A stretch of 63,204 nt of DNA, the filler included, from Stramenopiles sp. TOSAG23-2 (lineage: Eukaryota): the NCBI GenBank assembly GCA_900128395.1. It is 11 parts of 11 records of this genome, joined end to end, with 100 filler letters (N's around TTAATTAATTAA, not from the genome) between each part and the next. Parts side by side here need not be neighbours in the genome. Positions count along the whole stretch, not along the records: positions 44,231 to 51,460 come from LT650344.1; positions 51,561 to 58,782 come from LT650345.1; 9 more parts are not named here. The stretch is one strand, 5' to 3'. Shown piece by piece: positions 44,257-54,158 of the stretch. Both the position numbers and the translations under genes were made by a program. The notes beneath the pieces were generated by a model that saw only the letters and a program-made list of their open reading frames with translations, did no database searches and was not told the origin of the DNA. Every line of letters begins with the position of its first letter. The first letter of the stretch is position 1.

Positions 44257-47200
44257 TCATTGTGTTTTATTCAACAACAATTTTAGCGCCTCTCGTTGTT
44301 TACCAAATAAACCTTTTTTAGTAACAGATTCATCCGATTCCTCGCTTTTTAATTGTAAGTAAGCCATTGTACTTTGATAAAATTCTGCAATATATTCGTT
44401 ATTATTATAATATTCACGAATTTCCTTTAAAATTTTTTTCATGACGACCAAGGAGGATTTTGTTGTTGAAAAATCTGTATTACTAACCAAAACATTTACT
44501 AATTTCACAAGAATTTCTGATCTGCGTTTCATAAATTTAGACGAGGGTTCCTCCATAGGGTCTCCACTATTATCATCATCTCCATCATCGTTGGCAGATG
44601 GCTCTAATCCTTGCAATATCTCAGATAAAATACTATTAAAATGTTGCTTACATTCATTTAAAAACATTTCATTCCCACCAAATAACACATCATTAGAATC
44701 TACTTGCTCAATGCTGTAAGGCAACCTGCGTTGAGACCACGATGCCAAGACAGGTAGCATGTATAATAACAATTCAATGTTTCCTAAATTTTCTTTGTTC
44801 CATGAATATTTGGATATCGCATTTCGAAGACCGGAAACTAAATAAAATGGCCCGTGCTCGGGATGGCCAGGAACTACGATAAGCGACGCTAAGAAAGTTT
44901 CGACAAACTCCATCAGCATTGGTTCAGTCGAAGTTTTTGAGGATCGAAATTGAACCGTATAGGTTTTTGGGATATCCGGAATCTCTGATATTGCGGCTTT
45001 AAAAAATGTATCAGTTTGTGGCAAGCAATTGTTCATCAAAGCTACTTGACCGCATTGTAAAAATAAATATAAACGTCGAAATACATCATCAATAGATGGT
45101 ATAGTGATGTGGCAATATGCAAAGCATGCTTTTACAAAGGCAGATGTTTTCCTAGTGTGTTTTCCTTTCATCATCACATGTGCCTTTACTGCAAGCTTCA
45201 CTACGCTTAATACCAACCGATCTTTTACCGAGTCTAAATTGGGAAATGCTGCCCTACAGTCGACAAGTACATTTAATTGCTGCTCTAAATTATTTTTGAA
45301 ATCAATCAAAGCAATGAAACGACATAATAAATTTGAAATTTGTCTCCTTTCATCGTCAACTGATAAAGAATCCAGCGAATCATGAAGGCTTCTGGCAATG
45401 TCGAATACAGTCGCTATAACAACAGGATCAGAAGTAGTTTCTTTCGATGATATGAAATTATTTAACAATTCTTTGCACATGTCTGTTTTTCTTTCACTTT
45501 GAAACAGATCTAATAGCTGCAAAAAATATTGTGATGTCAAAATTTCTCCAAAGTTACTGCTATATTTAGTCACAGATGCAACTACACGTTCCAGTGGCGT
45601 GACAATTGTTTTCGCTGCATCGTCCCCTTTAGAGCGTACATGTCTTACTAAATCTTTCAGCAATATCAATACATGCTTGTCTTGGTAATGTTGGAGTAAC
45701 ATATCGATCCACGTCGCAGCACATGATGCATACGCTTCCAAATCGGTAAATTTGGTAACAATTTTCCACGATTCGTTTAAAACCGTCATTCGCTGATTTG
45801 CTGGTGGTGGATATTTTGACATACCTTTTCCCAACGCTTCGTACAATTCGGCTGAATGGACATTGCTAGGTTTTGCATCTTTAATAAGCTGGACCATTCC
45901 AGCAGTGCTTGATGACCAGAAACTTGCATTAAAATGCAAAATTATGTGTTTCAATACTAACGTATTTCCACAATAATCGCGATAATGCTCAAGGACTTTT
46001 GTAAAATCTTCTTTAGTTGCATGTACACCAACGGCGCGGCATAACCACGATAAAGCAGGTTCATGCAATTTCAAATATTCATTATACGTTAAACCCTTTT
46101 CCTTCAAAAGTTTTATCATATATTCATTTGTTTCCTCAAATTGCGACCAAGTAAATAAATAATCATACAAAGCACTTTTGATAAAAGTGACATCATCCGA
46201 TAAAATATTGCACCCAACGCGAGTCAAATAAACTCGAGCCCACAATGCAACCAATGGATCGCCAACCCCACGTATTATGTTTGAGATTCTGTTTAAAATT
46301 ACTTTAAACTCACCATCTGTTAAAAACCTGTAGCATGGCGTAACACACAATTCTATATATACGCGAGGTAACAGTTCACGTATACAAGCGGTTTTATAAA
46401 ACCAGTTACGGCATGTTTCCTTGGCTTCTACAGCAACGTCTTGGGAGGTGAAATCATCAGATAGTTTTTTACCTTGTATTTCCTCCGACCTGGATTTCAA
46501 ACGGTCAAATACTAGTTTTCCAAATGTTTCCAATACTTCCGTCAATAGGACAAACATTGATGGATAAAATTGAATTACAGTAGAGTCAAGCATCATTTTT
46601 GCACATTGTATTGCAATTTTCAAAGCATCAACCCGTTGATTTTTTCTCCACGCATCGGTCAACTGGCGATGCAACTCTTCGATGCGATTTACATACTCTT
46701 TTTGAGAAACTTCCATGGTATCTTCTTCCTTCTCTTCTAATTTTTCAAGCCTTGCCTTCGTTTTGTCCATCGGCTCTGATTTAGGACCAACGTCTTCCAT
46801 AGTTCCATTTCCAGTCATAAAGGTTGCAGTCACACGAATTTTTCCAGTGACAGTGTACTCTTTCAAAATAAACGCCTTTTGCTCATCCCACATGTCGTTT
46901 ACGTTTGTTTTTCCTGCCCCAGTACTCCTACCATCGTCTTCCTCCTCGCTAGTATTATTATGGTATTGCGTTGAGACGTCCCCACCCATAGCACCAAGTG
47001 GATCAAAATCACCACCACCAAGTACAGTACCTCCTAAAGGATCGTCAAAGTTAGATAATGGGTCATCATCCTCATCATCAACCCCTTCTCTACCATCATT
47101 TGTTGCTTCATTGCTACTGTTCTCAACACCTAGTCTTACCGAAGATGCACTTACAGCGTTTTCACTATCGTGCATGAGTGGATGATACGAAACAGGCACT

Positions 47201-47268
47201 CTTTGACAGTCAGAGGCATTTTTTTCCATATCATAGTCCCGTTTTAATGTTTCAAATTTGGTACTCAT
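44257..47268 (-). CDS. VPS35L: VPS35 endosomal protein-sorting factor-like (Retriever subunit, C16orf62; 1003 aa)
   Basis: N-terminal HPL/DPL motifs, QRVDALKIAIQCAK, FYPSMFVLLTEVLETFGKLV, AKETCRNWFYKTACIRELLPR, RGVGDPLVA, AFVKACFAYCHITIPS, VPGHPEHGPFY. Confidence 0.93.
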   Translation of the reverse strand: MSTKFETLKRDYDMEKNASDCQRVPVSYHPLMHDSENAVSASSVRLGVENSSNEATNDGREGVDDEDDDPLSNFDDPLGGTVLGGGDFDPLGAMGGDVSTQYHNNTSEEEDDGRSTGAGKTNVNDMWDEQKAFILKEYTVTGKIRVTATFMTGNGTMEDVGPKSEPMDKTKARLEKLEEKEEDTMEVSQKEYVNRIEELHRQLTDAWRKNQRVDALKIAIQCAKMMLDSTVIQFYPSMFVLLTEVLETFGKLVFDRLKSRSEEIQGKKLSDDFTSQDVAVEAKETCRNWFYKTACIRELLPRVYIELCVTPCYRFLTDGEFKVILNRISNIIRGVGDPLVALWARVYLTRVGCNILSDDVTFIKSALYDYLFTWSQFEETNEYMIKLLKEKGLTYNEYLKLHEPALSWLCRAVGVHATKEDFTKVLEHYRDYCGNTLVLKHIILHFNASFWSSSTAGMVQLIKDAKPSNVHSAELYEALGKGMSKYPPPANQRMTVLNESWKIVTKFTDLEAYASCAATWIDMLLQHYQDKHVLILLKDLVRHVRSKGDDAAKTIVTPLERVVASVTKYSSNFGEILTSQYFLQLLDLFQSERKTDMCKELLNNFISSKETTSDPVVIATVFDIARSLHDSLDSLSVDDERRQISNLLCRFIALIDFKNNLEQQLNVLVDCRAAFPNLDSVKDRLVLSVVKLAVKAHVMMKGKHTRKTSAFVKACFAYCHITIPSIDDVFRRLYLFLQCGQVALMNNCLPQTDTFFKAAISEIPDIPKTYTVQFRSSKTSTEPMLMEFVETFLASLIVVPGHPEHGPFYLVSGLRNAISKYSWNKENLGNIELLLYMLPVLASWSQRRLPYSIEQVDSNDVLFGGNEMFLNECKQHFNSILSEILQGLEPSANDDGDDDNSGDPMEEPSSKFMKRRSEILVKLVNVLVSNTDFSTTKSSLVVMKKILKEIREYYNNNEYIAEFYQSTMAYLQLKSEESDESVTKKGLFGKQREALKLLLNKTQ

Positions 47269-48372
47269 ATTTGTTTTATGTAGAAATATTCACCAATTTC
47301 TGTTAATAAAATAAATGGAGAAAGTGAAAGTCTATAATTTACGAGTATATAACAAGGCCAGTATTATATTAAATTTTTTTTGGTATCGATTGATATCCAA
47401 TACCGTTGATGCAGGTATGCAAAGATATTCAATATCTATTTCGTTGTTACTGTCGTAATTGCAATTGCAATATATTGGCATCATTTATCATTCATCGCAT
47501 CATCAAAAAAGATAAAAAAGATAGAAGATAATAATAGTGAGTTACAAACATAAGCGATTGTTTTTTGTGTGAGTCCCCCATCGTATTCGTACATACGAAT
47601 ATTTTAAGTATTAAAATTAAGTACTCCTCTAATTAAAATACATAGGCATATTGCTATGGTGCTACTAAATAACATAATGCTTTTTGCTTTTGCAGACACT
47701 ACTGGCCAGGCTGGCTGGGCTGGCAGAGATACGTATTCATTTATGGATTATTTTTTTTTCCGCCATCCAGCCATCTGGCCACCATCTACCAGTCTATAAT
47801 ACTGTATTAGAGTCTAGTCTATTATTAGTCTATACATTATACAGTATTGGAATATATAGTACAAGTGTAATATTAGTACTTCGTACCAGAATACTGTGAA
47901 CTGTGAAGGAGTTTTCTGCAACTTGCAATGTGCCAAGTGCCAATATTTTAATAGTCTTTAATTTTTTTAAAATCTTATACTATAATACCTGGTAAATAGC
48001 TATTGATTATTATAATAATAACTATTAATAATAGAATAGCAACAATAACATAATAATAATAATATAATAATAATAAATACCATTATAATAATACATATAA
48101 CTACTATAATATAATACCAGACTAATAATTTAAATATTATGTGGAATATATATACTTGTCTAAATGACCAATGTTTTCTTCACAGCTGCGTTTTAAAAGG
48201 AATTCAATCAAATCCAAGTTTATCTATATCCATATACTACAAGAATTGACCAATATTAGTTTCTACGTGTATTTAATTGATAGCTAATAATTGTATAATA
48301 ATACTGGTTGGACTTTGTTTACTTCTGTGTCTTTTTTTTTTATATATAAAGTAATTTTTGAAGTCAACCATT

Positions 48373-51096
48373 ATGGAAACGCCTTCTGCTTCTAGGGAAA
48401 ACTTCTTGGCTCAAAACAACAAAACTTTCGGCAGTAAATCGTTCCCAACACCTCAAAATGATCAACATCAACAGCCATTGGAACATGGTCAAGGAGGTAA
48501 TAGCCTGTACGGTACAACGCGAATGTCGCCGAATAGTCATTCTACCGACGCAAAGCATCTTCGTCCTCAACAAATGGAAAAAGGACCAACTGTTACTGTA
48601 AACATTCTTGTCACTGCACCTGATAAAGACAAGGTATATCGTTGGTTAATTGGTCGAAATGGTACAAATATTAAATTGATGCAATCAACCGGTGTATCAA
48701 TACAAGTAGACCGGCGACTTGGCAATATTTGTCTCGAAGGCGACCCTGTGTTGGTAGACAAAGTAAGCCAAGTAATTAATCGTTTAGCAGCAGACACCGC
48801 ATCTTCGTCCGTTGGTTGCGGTGGAAAGAAGGTTATGACCGCTATAAAACGTTTAATTGCAGATTGTGCTGACTATCATTCGCGTAACAATGCGAATCTT
48901 GGCACTAATAATGGCACCGGTGAGGTTAAGAGAGTACCAACAGAAATTCGAAACATGAACAACAACAACAGTGGCAATTTTTTTTACAATGTTAAGCAAA
49001 CTACGAATAATATTGGTATGGAGCATGTCAACAACAACCGCCAATCGGCGCAACATTTTAGTAGAAATAATCATTTACAAATACGCGCAAATATGCAAGG
49101 GGCACAAATGCCCCGTTCAATGGTCAGTACTACGCCTATTGCTACTTCGCAAAATGCCATTATCAGTACAAGGAATGACGCAAATGGACGCAATAATATA
49201 AGTAATAACATCCAGAATATTACAGAACTACCCCCGCCTGGCCTTGATCGTGTCACCAAAATGCTGTATGTTACTGCCCCCGATAAAGACAAAGTATACC
49301 GATGGTTGATTGGTCGAAATGGGACGAATATAAAATTGATGCAATCAACAGGTGTTTCAATTCAAGTGGATCGAAAAGCGGGTACAGTCTTATTAGACGG
49401 CGAAACCGTTCTTGTCCGAAAAGTTCAAACGGTCATCGAAAGGTTGATGGAAGATACTGCATCTCCTCTAGTAGGTTGTGGGGGAAAGAAAGTTATGACT
49501 GCTATCAAGCGATTGATAGCCGATTGTGCAGCCGTTCATGCAAAAAAATCTGGTTCCTTTGGCACTGCTGCTATGAAGCAAAGAAACCCAACCAGTGCCA
49601 ATGACGGCAAAGGCAATTATTCAACGAACAATTATGGGAACAGTATGCTACACAGAAACAACCAAAGGTCTATGCCCGGAAGCAACACTCGTAACAACAA
49701 TAGTTATAATAATTCCCAGAAAAATGGCATTGGAGCAATGTCAATGCGGGGTGGGTATGGACAGCAACAATTCCACAAACAAGGCAACTCCAGTGGTTAT
49801 AAATCCAAACTGCAAGAACAAGGACAAAACCACTATGTTTGTAACATTGAAATTGCAGTGAGTGTAAACAAAAGGGAGAAAGCCTATAGTCGGCTTATTG
49901 GACGTGGTGGAAATGTGATTCGCCGTATGGAACGTCATTCAGGCGCTGAAATAAAAGTTGATAAAAGCCAAAGAAATGTTTTTATTCAAGGGAAGAAAGA
50001 CGCTGTAGAAAAAGCTAGAATGATGGTGTCATCCATATTAACTGGCGTGGAAAATGATGAATTCCACGACGATTTGTCGTTTCCATTCAATTCAAATAAT
50101 TTTAATAATGATTTCCAGCAACGACATGAAACACATTATCATAATTCTCAACAGAACAATGGCAATAGGCAAAGTTACAGAGGAAGAGCTGCCCCCGGAT
50201 TTGCAAATGCATCATCAATGAAGTATGCTAACCGTGATGGTAGTAGCAGTTCGCGTAGTTTCTTCAATGGGAAATCTGCCACGAAATATAACAATGATGT
50301 ACGAAACCATTTCGACTCTAATATGAAAGGTGACGCGACTGCTGGTGGGCAGAGTAGCCATCGCTCGAATACAACGGGATCTCAAAACAACCAACAAATA
50401 CATCAACAACAGCAATTGCAACAGTTGTTAATGCAACAACAATTACAAAGACAGCAACTGCTCTCAAATTTCTCTGGTGGCAATAGTAATGGCAGTAGTA
50501 ATAGCAATCGAAACGTCAATAATGTAGCATCAAATGGTAATGTTCGTGGCGGAGGGGATATGTTATTGTCGCAACATAATCAAAATGTTCCACGTGTTGC
50601 TGGTAGTGGGCTATTACCAAGTAATGGTTGGGAAATTGGCAATGGCGGCGGTAATAATACTACCAATAACACTACAAACAATGCTGGAAACACTTTTTCG
50701 AACCAAATAACAAATGAGAAATCTACACCGAAAGATAACAACAATTGGAATTCTGCCTTATTTAATTTCCAAACGCCTTTGAATCGCAACAGCAGCAACC
50801 CTAGCGATGTACTAAATGTTGGTAACGGTTTAAACACGTTGAAGTCGCAGCCACCAAGCGCACCAAGTACATCAATAAATCCTTTAACTAGTGCCTTTAA
50901 CAGTTCTTCATGGGAACCGATTGGTAATACAAATAGTCAAATCAACAGTAACAACAATGATAATAACAAACCAGTTTCAAACTTCTTTTTTGCACAATCA
51001 TCTGTAACTGATAATGGAGGAAATGGATGGGATGCAAATGCAAATTTTAGTAACCGGAATTCCACAAATGGTAATGTGAATTTAAAATGGACATAG
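48373..51096 (+). CDS. KH-domain RNA-binding protein (3 KH) with N/Q/G-rich low-complexity regions
   Basis: LIGRNGTNIK twice and LIGRGGNVIRRMERHSGAEIKV. First ATG at 48373; an upstream exon is possible. Confidence 0.85.
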   Translation: METPSASRENFLAQNNKTFGSKSFPTPQNDQHQQPLEHGQGGNSLYGTTRMSPNSHSTDAKHLRPQQMEKGPTVTVNILVTAPDKDKVYRWLIGRNGTNIKLMQSTGVSIQVDRRLGNICLEGDPVLVDKVSQVINRLAADTASSSVGCGGKKVMTAIKRLIADCADYHSRNNANLGTNNGTGEVKRVPTEIRNMNNNNSGNFFYNVKQTTNNIGMEHVNNNRQSAQHFSRNNHLQIRANMQGAQMPRSMVSTTPIATSQNAIISTRNDANGRNNISNNIQNITELPPPGLDRVTKMLYVTAPDKDKVYRWLIGRNGTNIKLMQSTGVSIQVDRKAGTVLLDGETVLVRKVQTVIERLMEDTASPLVGCGGKKVMTAIKRLIADCAAVHAKKSGSFGTAAMKQRNPTSANDGKGNYSTNNYGNSMLHRNNQRSMPGSNTRNNNSYNNSQKNGIGAMSMRGGYGQQQFHKQGNSSGYKSKLQEQGQNHYVCNIEIAVSVNKREKAYSRLIGRGGNVIRRMERHSGAEIKVDKSQRNVFIQGKKDAVEKARMMVSSILTGVENDEFHDDLSFPFNSNNFNNDFQQRHETHYHNSQQNNGNRQSYRGRAAPGFANASSMKYANRDGSSSSRSFFNGKSATKYNNDVRNHFDSNMKGDATAGGQSSHRSNTTGSQNNQQIHQQQQLQQLLMQQQLQRQQLLSNFSGGNSNGSSNSNRNVNNVASNGNVRGGGDMLLSQHNQNVPRVAGSGLLPSNGWEIGNGGGNNTTNNTTNNAGNTFSNQITNEKSTPKDNNNWNSALFNFQTPLNRNSSNPSDVLNVGNGLNTLKSQPPSAPSTSINPLTSAFNSSSWEPIGNTNSQINSNNNDNNKPVSNFFFAQSSVTDNGGNGWDANANFSNRNSTNGNVNLKWT

Positions 51097-51460
51097 TTAG
51101 TGAATTTGTCGTATCATGTGACTGCAGAAGAAAAGTACAAAGTAAATTTGAGAAAAAAAATTCTTTTGCGTACGTTCGTGTTATAAATAGCATGCAAAGT
51201 TATTGTTTATATATATATGCATATATAATATGGCATACATACATATATATATATATATTAAAACCGCATGTAGAGACATTCAAACAGTGGTTATTAAGAC
51301 GTGCGCTTATACTAATCGTTATGCATTAAAATGTGCATTTGGCGAGGAATGCAATGAATTATAACCTGGTACAATTTATTCCCACCCTCTTCATATTTTT
51401 CATCAACAGAAGGTTGATAACACCTATTTACCTCATCGGTAATTCCTGTTTCGGGAGTTA

Positions 51461-51560
51461 NNNNNNNNNNNNNNNNNNNNNNNNNNNNNNNNNNNNNNNN
51501 NNNNTTAATTAATTAANNNNNNNNNNNNNNNNNNNNNNNNNNNNNNNNNNNNNNNNNNNN
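51461..51560. other. Artificial contig linker
   Basis: N44-TTAATTAATTAA-N44. Confidence 0.98.
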
Positions 51561-51836
51561 AATATTACTGATGTACAAAGTATTGGTGAAGGATTAAAAA
51601 CGAACAATACATTACAGGTATTGTCCCTATATAATAATACTATTACTGATGATGGTGGAATACAAAGTATTATTGATGGATTAAAAACAAACAATACATT
51701 AAAGTACTTGCGCCTACAATATAATCAACTTAGTGATAATATGATATCACAATTAAAAGCTATACAACAATATAAAAGAGATGGATCAAACGGGTATCAA
51801 CAAGTGAAATATATGGGGATATCGCTTAATAATTAA
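51561..51836 (+). CDS. RI-like/NLRC3-like leucine-rich repeat protein, 5'-partial
   Basis: GLKTNNTLQVLSLYNNTITDDG and GLKTNNTLKYLRLQYNQL. Confidence 0.85.
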   Translation, partial: NITDVQSIGEGLKTNNTLQVLSLYNNTITDDGGIQSIIDGLKTNNTLKYLRLQYNQLSDNMISQLKAIQQYKRDGSNGYQQVKYMGISLNN

Positions 51837-52163
51837 TATATATATTTTAGTATACTACCAACTACAATATCCCTATATAAGATAATAACAGTACAAAAGT
51901 ACTACATAGTATCATAGTAATTATAATAGATACAAGTAGTTATAGTATATTTCAATATAATATGCAGTTCCTCACATTAGACTGAAAAATACATATAGAT
52001 AGATAGAATATTCCTAAGTGGATTGCCGTATGTTACAGATATTCTTATTGAAAAGAAGTTGGAGATATATAGAGAAAATATTTTATATTAATTAATAAAA
52101 ATAACAATTACATAAAACGGTAAAACAACAAATAAATATATATATGTTTTCAACAGAAACAAC

Positions 52164-53495
52164 ATGTCACGAGTATTTTTAAAACGAACATTAACTGCAG
52201 GAAAAGTAGATCCAACATTTCCAGTATTAACACAAAATGTCGATGCGGATGGACCTTTATCTGGATTTCGTATTATTGATTTAAGTCAAATGGTTAGTGG
52301 ACCAATGGCAACGCAAATATTAGGGGATCAAGGTGCTGATATTATCAAAGTGGAAAGCCCAACTGGTGCTGCAGAACGTGGTGGTGGACGTAGTAAAATA
52401 TCTAGCCCAATGGCTAGTGTTGTGAACAGAAATAAACGTTCAATATCTGTTGATTTAAAAACTCCAGAAGGTATTGAAATTATTAAAAAACTTGTAAAAG
52501 GTGCAGATGGTTTTATACATAATTTTAGACCTGGTGCCATGGAACGGGCTGGCTTGGGTTACGACGATTTGAAACAAATCAATGAATCGCTTGTATATTT
52601 GCATATTACTGGTTTCGGTGCAACCGGGCCATATTCAAAGAAACGTGTTTATGATCCAGTCATCCAAAGTGCTAGTGGTTTAGCATCGATCCAAGCCGAT
52701 GAAAATGGACGTCCACGTCTATTTCGTTTAATTGTACCTGATAAAGTCACATCGTTGACGGCATCGCAAGCCATGACGGCTGGTTTGTTAAAACGTGCAA
52801 AGACAGGAAAAGGATCACATATTGAATTGTCAATGTTGGATGCACTTATTCAATTTGCATGGGCTGAAGGTTTTGCTAGAGAAACATTTCAACATGGTCA
52901 AGATAATACCAGGGAATATATTAGGGATATGGTATTTGAAACGAAAGATGGTTACATTACAGCCGGAGCAGTGCAAGATAAGGAATGGATTGGTATGTGT
53001 AATGCACTTGGACGCCCAGAGTGGATTACAGATGAACGATTTGCAACAGGCGCAGCACGTAGCGCAAACCGTCAATTACGTTTGGATTTAACTGAATCTG
53101 TCTTGAAAACAATGACTACGGAGCAAGCGCTTGCAAAATTAACTGAACATGATGTACCAAATGGTATCGTAAATCATCCAAGACAAAAAGTTTTGGAAGA
53201 TCCACAGGTATTGAATAATGAAATGCTTTTTACATATCATCATCCACATGCACCATTTCCATTATTACAAGCTCGTGGAGCTGCAAAATTTAATGGACAG
53301 CCGTTTGCAGTACGTCACCCTGCAGAATTATTAGGTCAATCTACTGAGCTTTTATTAAAAGAAATGGGATATACGACGGAACAAGTTGCTCAGTTACTTG
53401 AGAAAGGGATTGTTGTATCTAAAAATCCAACTAAATTTGATTTGGAACGTGAAGCACAAAAAAGTCCAGCAATGAGAGATGTTAGTAGTGGATAA
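52164..53495 (+). CDS. Class III CoA-transferase (CaiB/BaiF family; 443 aa)
   Basis: GPLSGFRIIDLS, GADIIKVESP, NRNKRSISVDLK, NFRPG, ITGFGATGPY and catalytic-Asp motif VYDPVIQ. Confidence 0.95.
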   Translation: MSRVFLKRTLTAGKVDPTFPVLTQNVDADGPLSGFRIIDLSQMVSGPMATQILGDQGADIIKVESPTGAAERGGGRSKISSPMASVVNRNKRSISVDLKTPEGIEIIKKLVKGADGFIHNFRPGAMERAGLGYDDLKQINESLVYLHITGFGATGPYSKKRVYDPVIQSASGLASIQADENGRPRLFRLIVPDKVTSLTASQAMTAGLLKRAKTGKGSHIELSMLDALIQFAWAEGFARETFQHGQDNTREYIRDMVFETKDGYITAGAVQDKEWIGMCNALGRPEWITDERFATGAARSANRQLRLDLTESVLKTMTTEQALAKLTEHDVPNGIVNHPRQKVLEDPQVLNNEMLFTYHHPHAPFPLLQARGAAKFNGQPFAVRHPAELLGQSTELLLKEMGYTTEQVAQLLEKGIVVSKNPTKFDLEREAQKSPAMRDVSSG

Positions 53496-53707
53496 AAAAT
53501 GGAAAAAAAAAATAAAATGTATCGCACGCGTGTGTTTGTGATATGTTTAATGATGTGAAGAAACGATGGGATGGACAATGAAAAAAAAATACACACAAAA
53601 CAATACGTAGTTTACAAAGAGGGAAAAAAAAAAAAAAAAGAGGGAGAAAAGTGAGGGTGGGAGGAAATACGAGTCCTAGCGTATATAAAGTGCAGGTAGA
53701 ATACGTA

Positions 53708-53772
53708 TATTGAGCATATTACGTAGCACGGGAAGTAACATTATTATAACTTAGATTTTAACCATATCATAA
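53708..53772 (+). repeat. Dispersed repeat family A, copy 3
   Basis: TATTGAGCATATTACGTAGCACGGGAAGTAACATTATTATAACTTAGATTTTAACCATATCATAA. Confidence 0.8.
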
Positions 53773-54158
53773 TACATTATATATGTAAATTTGTTCTTTT
53801 ACGTTCTCTCGTACATTTTTTAATACACTGGCTATCCTGGCCCATCTCCACGAGTTGCAGAAAGTTTAGTTGTTTTTAATATGATACCTGAGTACTATAA
53901 ATAAAAATTTTGCACCACATTCGAAGATTCGAAGCCCTCCCTAATAAACTTTGGTATTGTAGGAAGTATAATACACCTTGTTAGGAAGCAGTTAAAAAAA
54001 ATATATATATTTTGAAAAAATAATAACTTCTTCAAAATGGTTTTGTACCTCATTACCAATGTAAGAAATACATATATATATATAGAAATAAAAACCATTT
54101 AAAAAATCTATACTTATAACTAATTCCAAATCTATATCTATATAAGTAAATATTCAAA

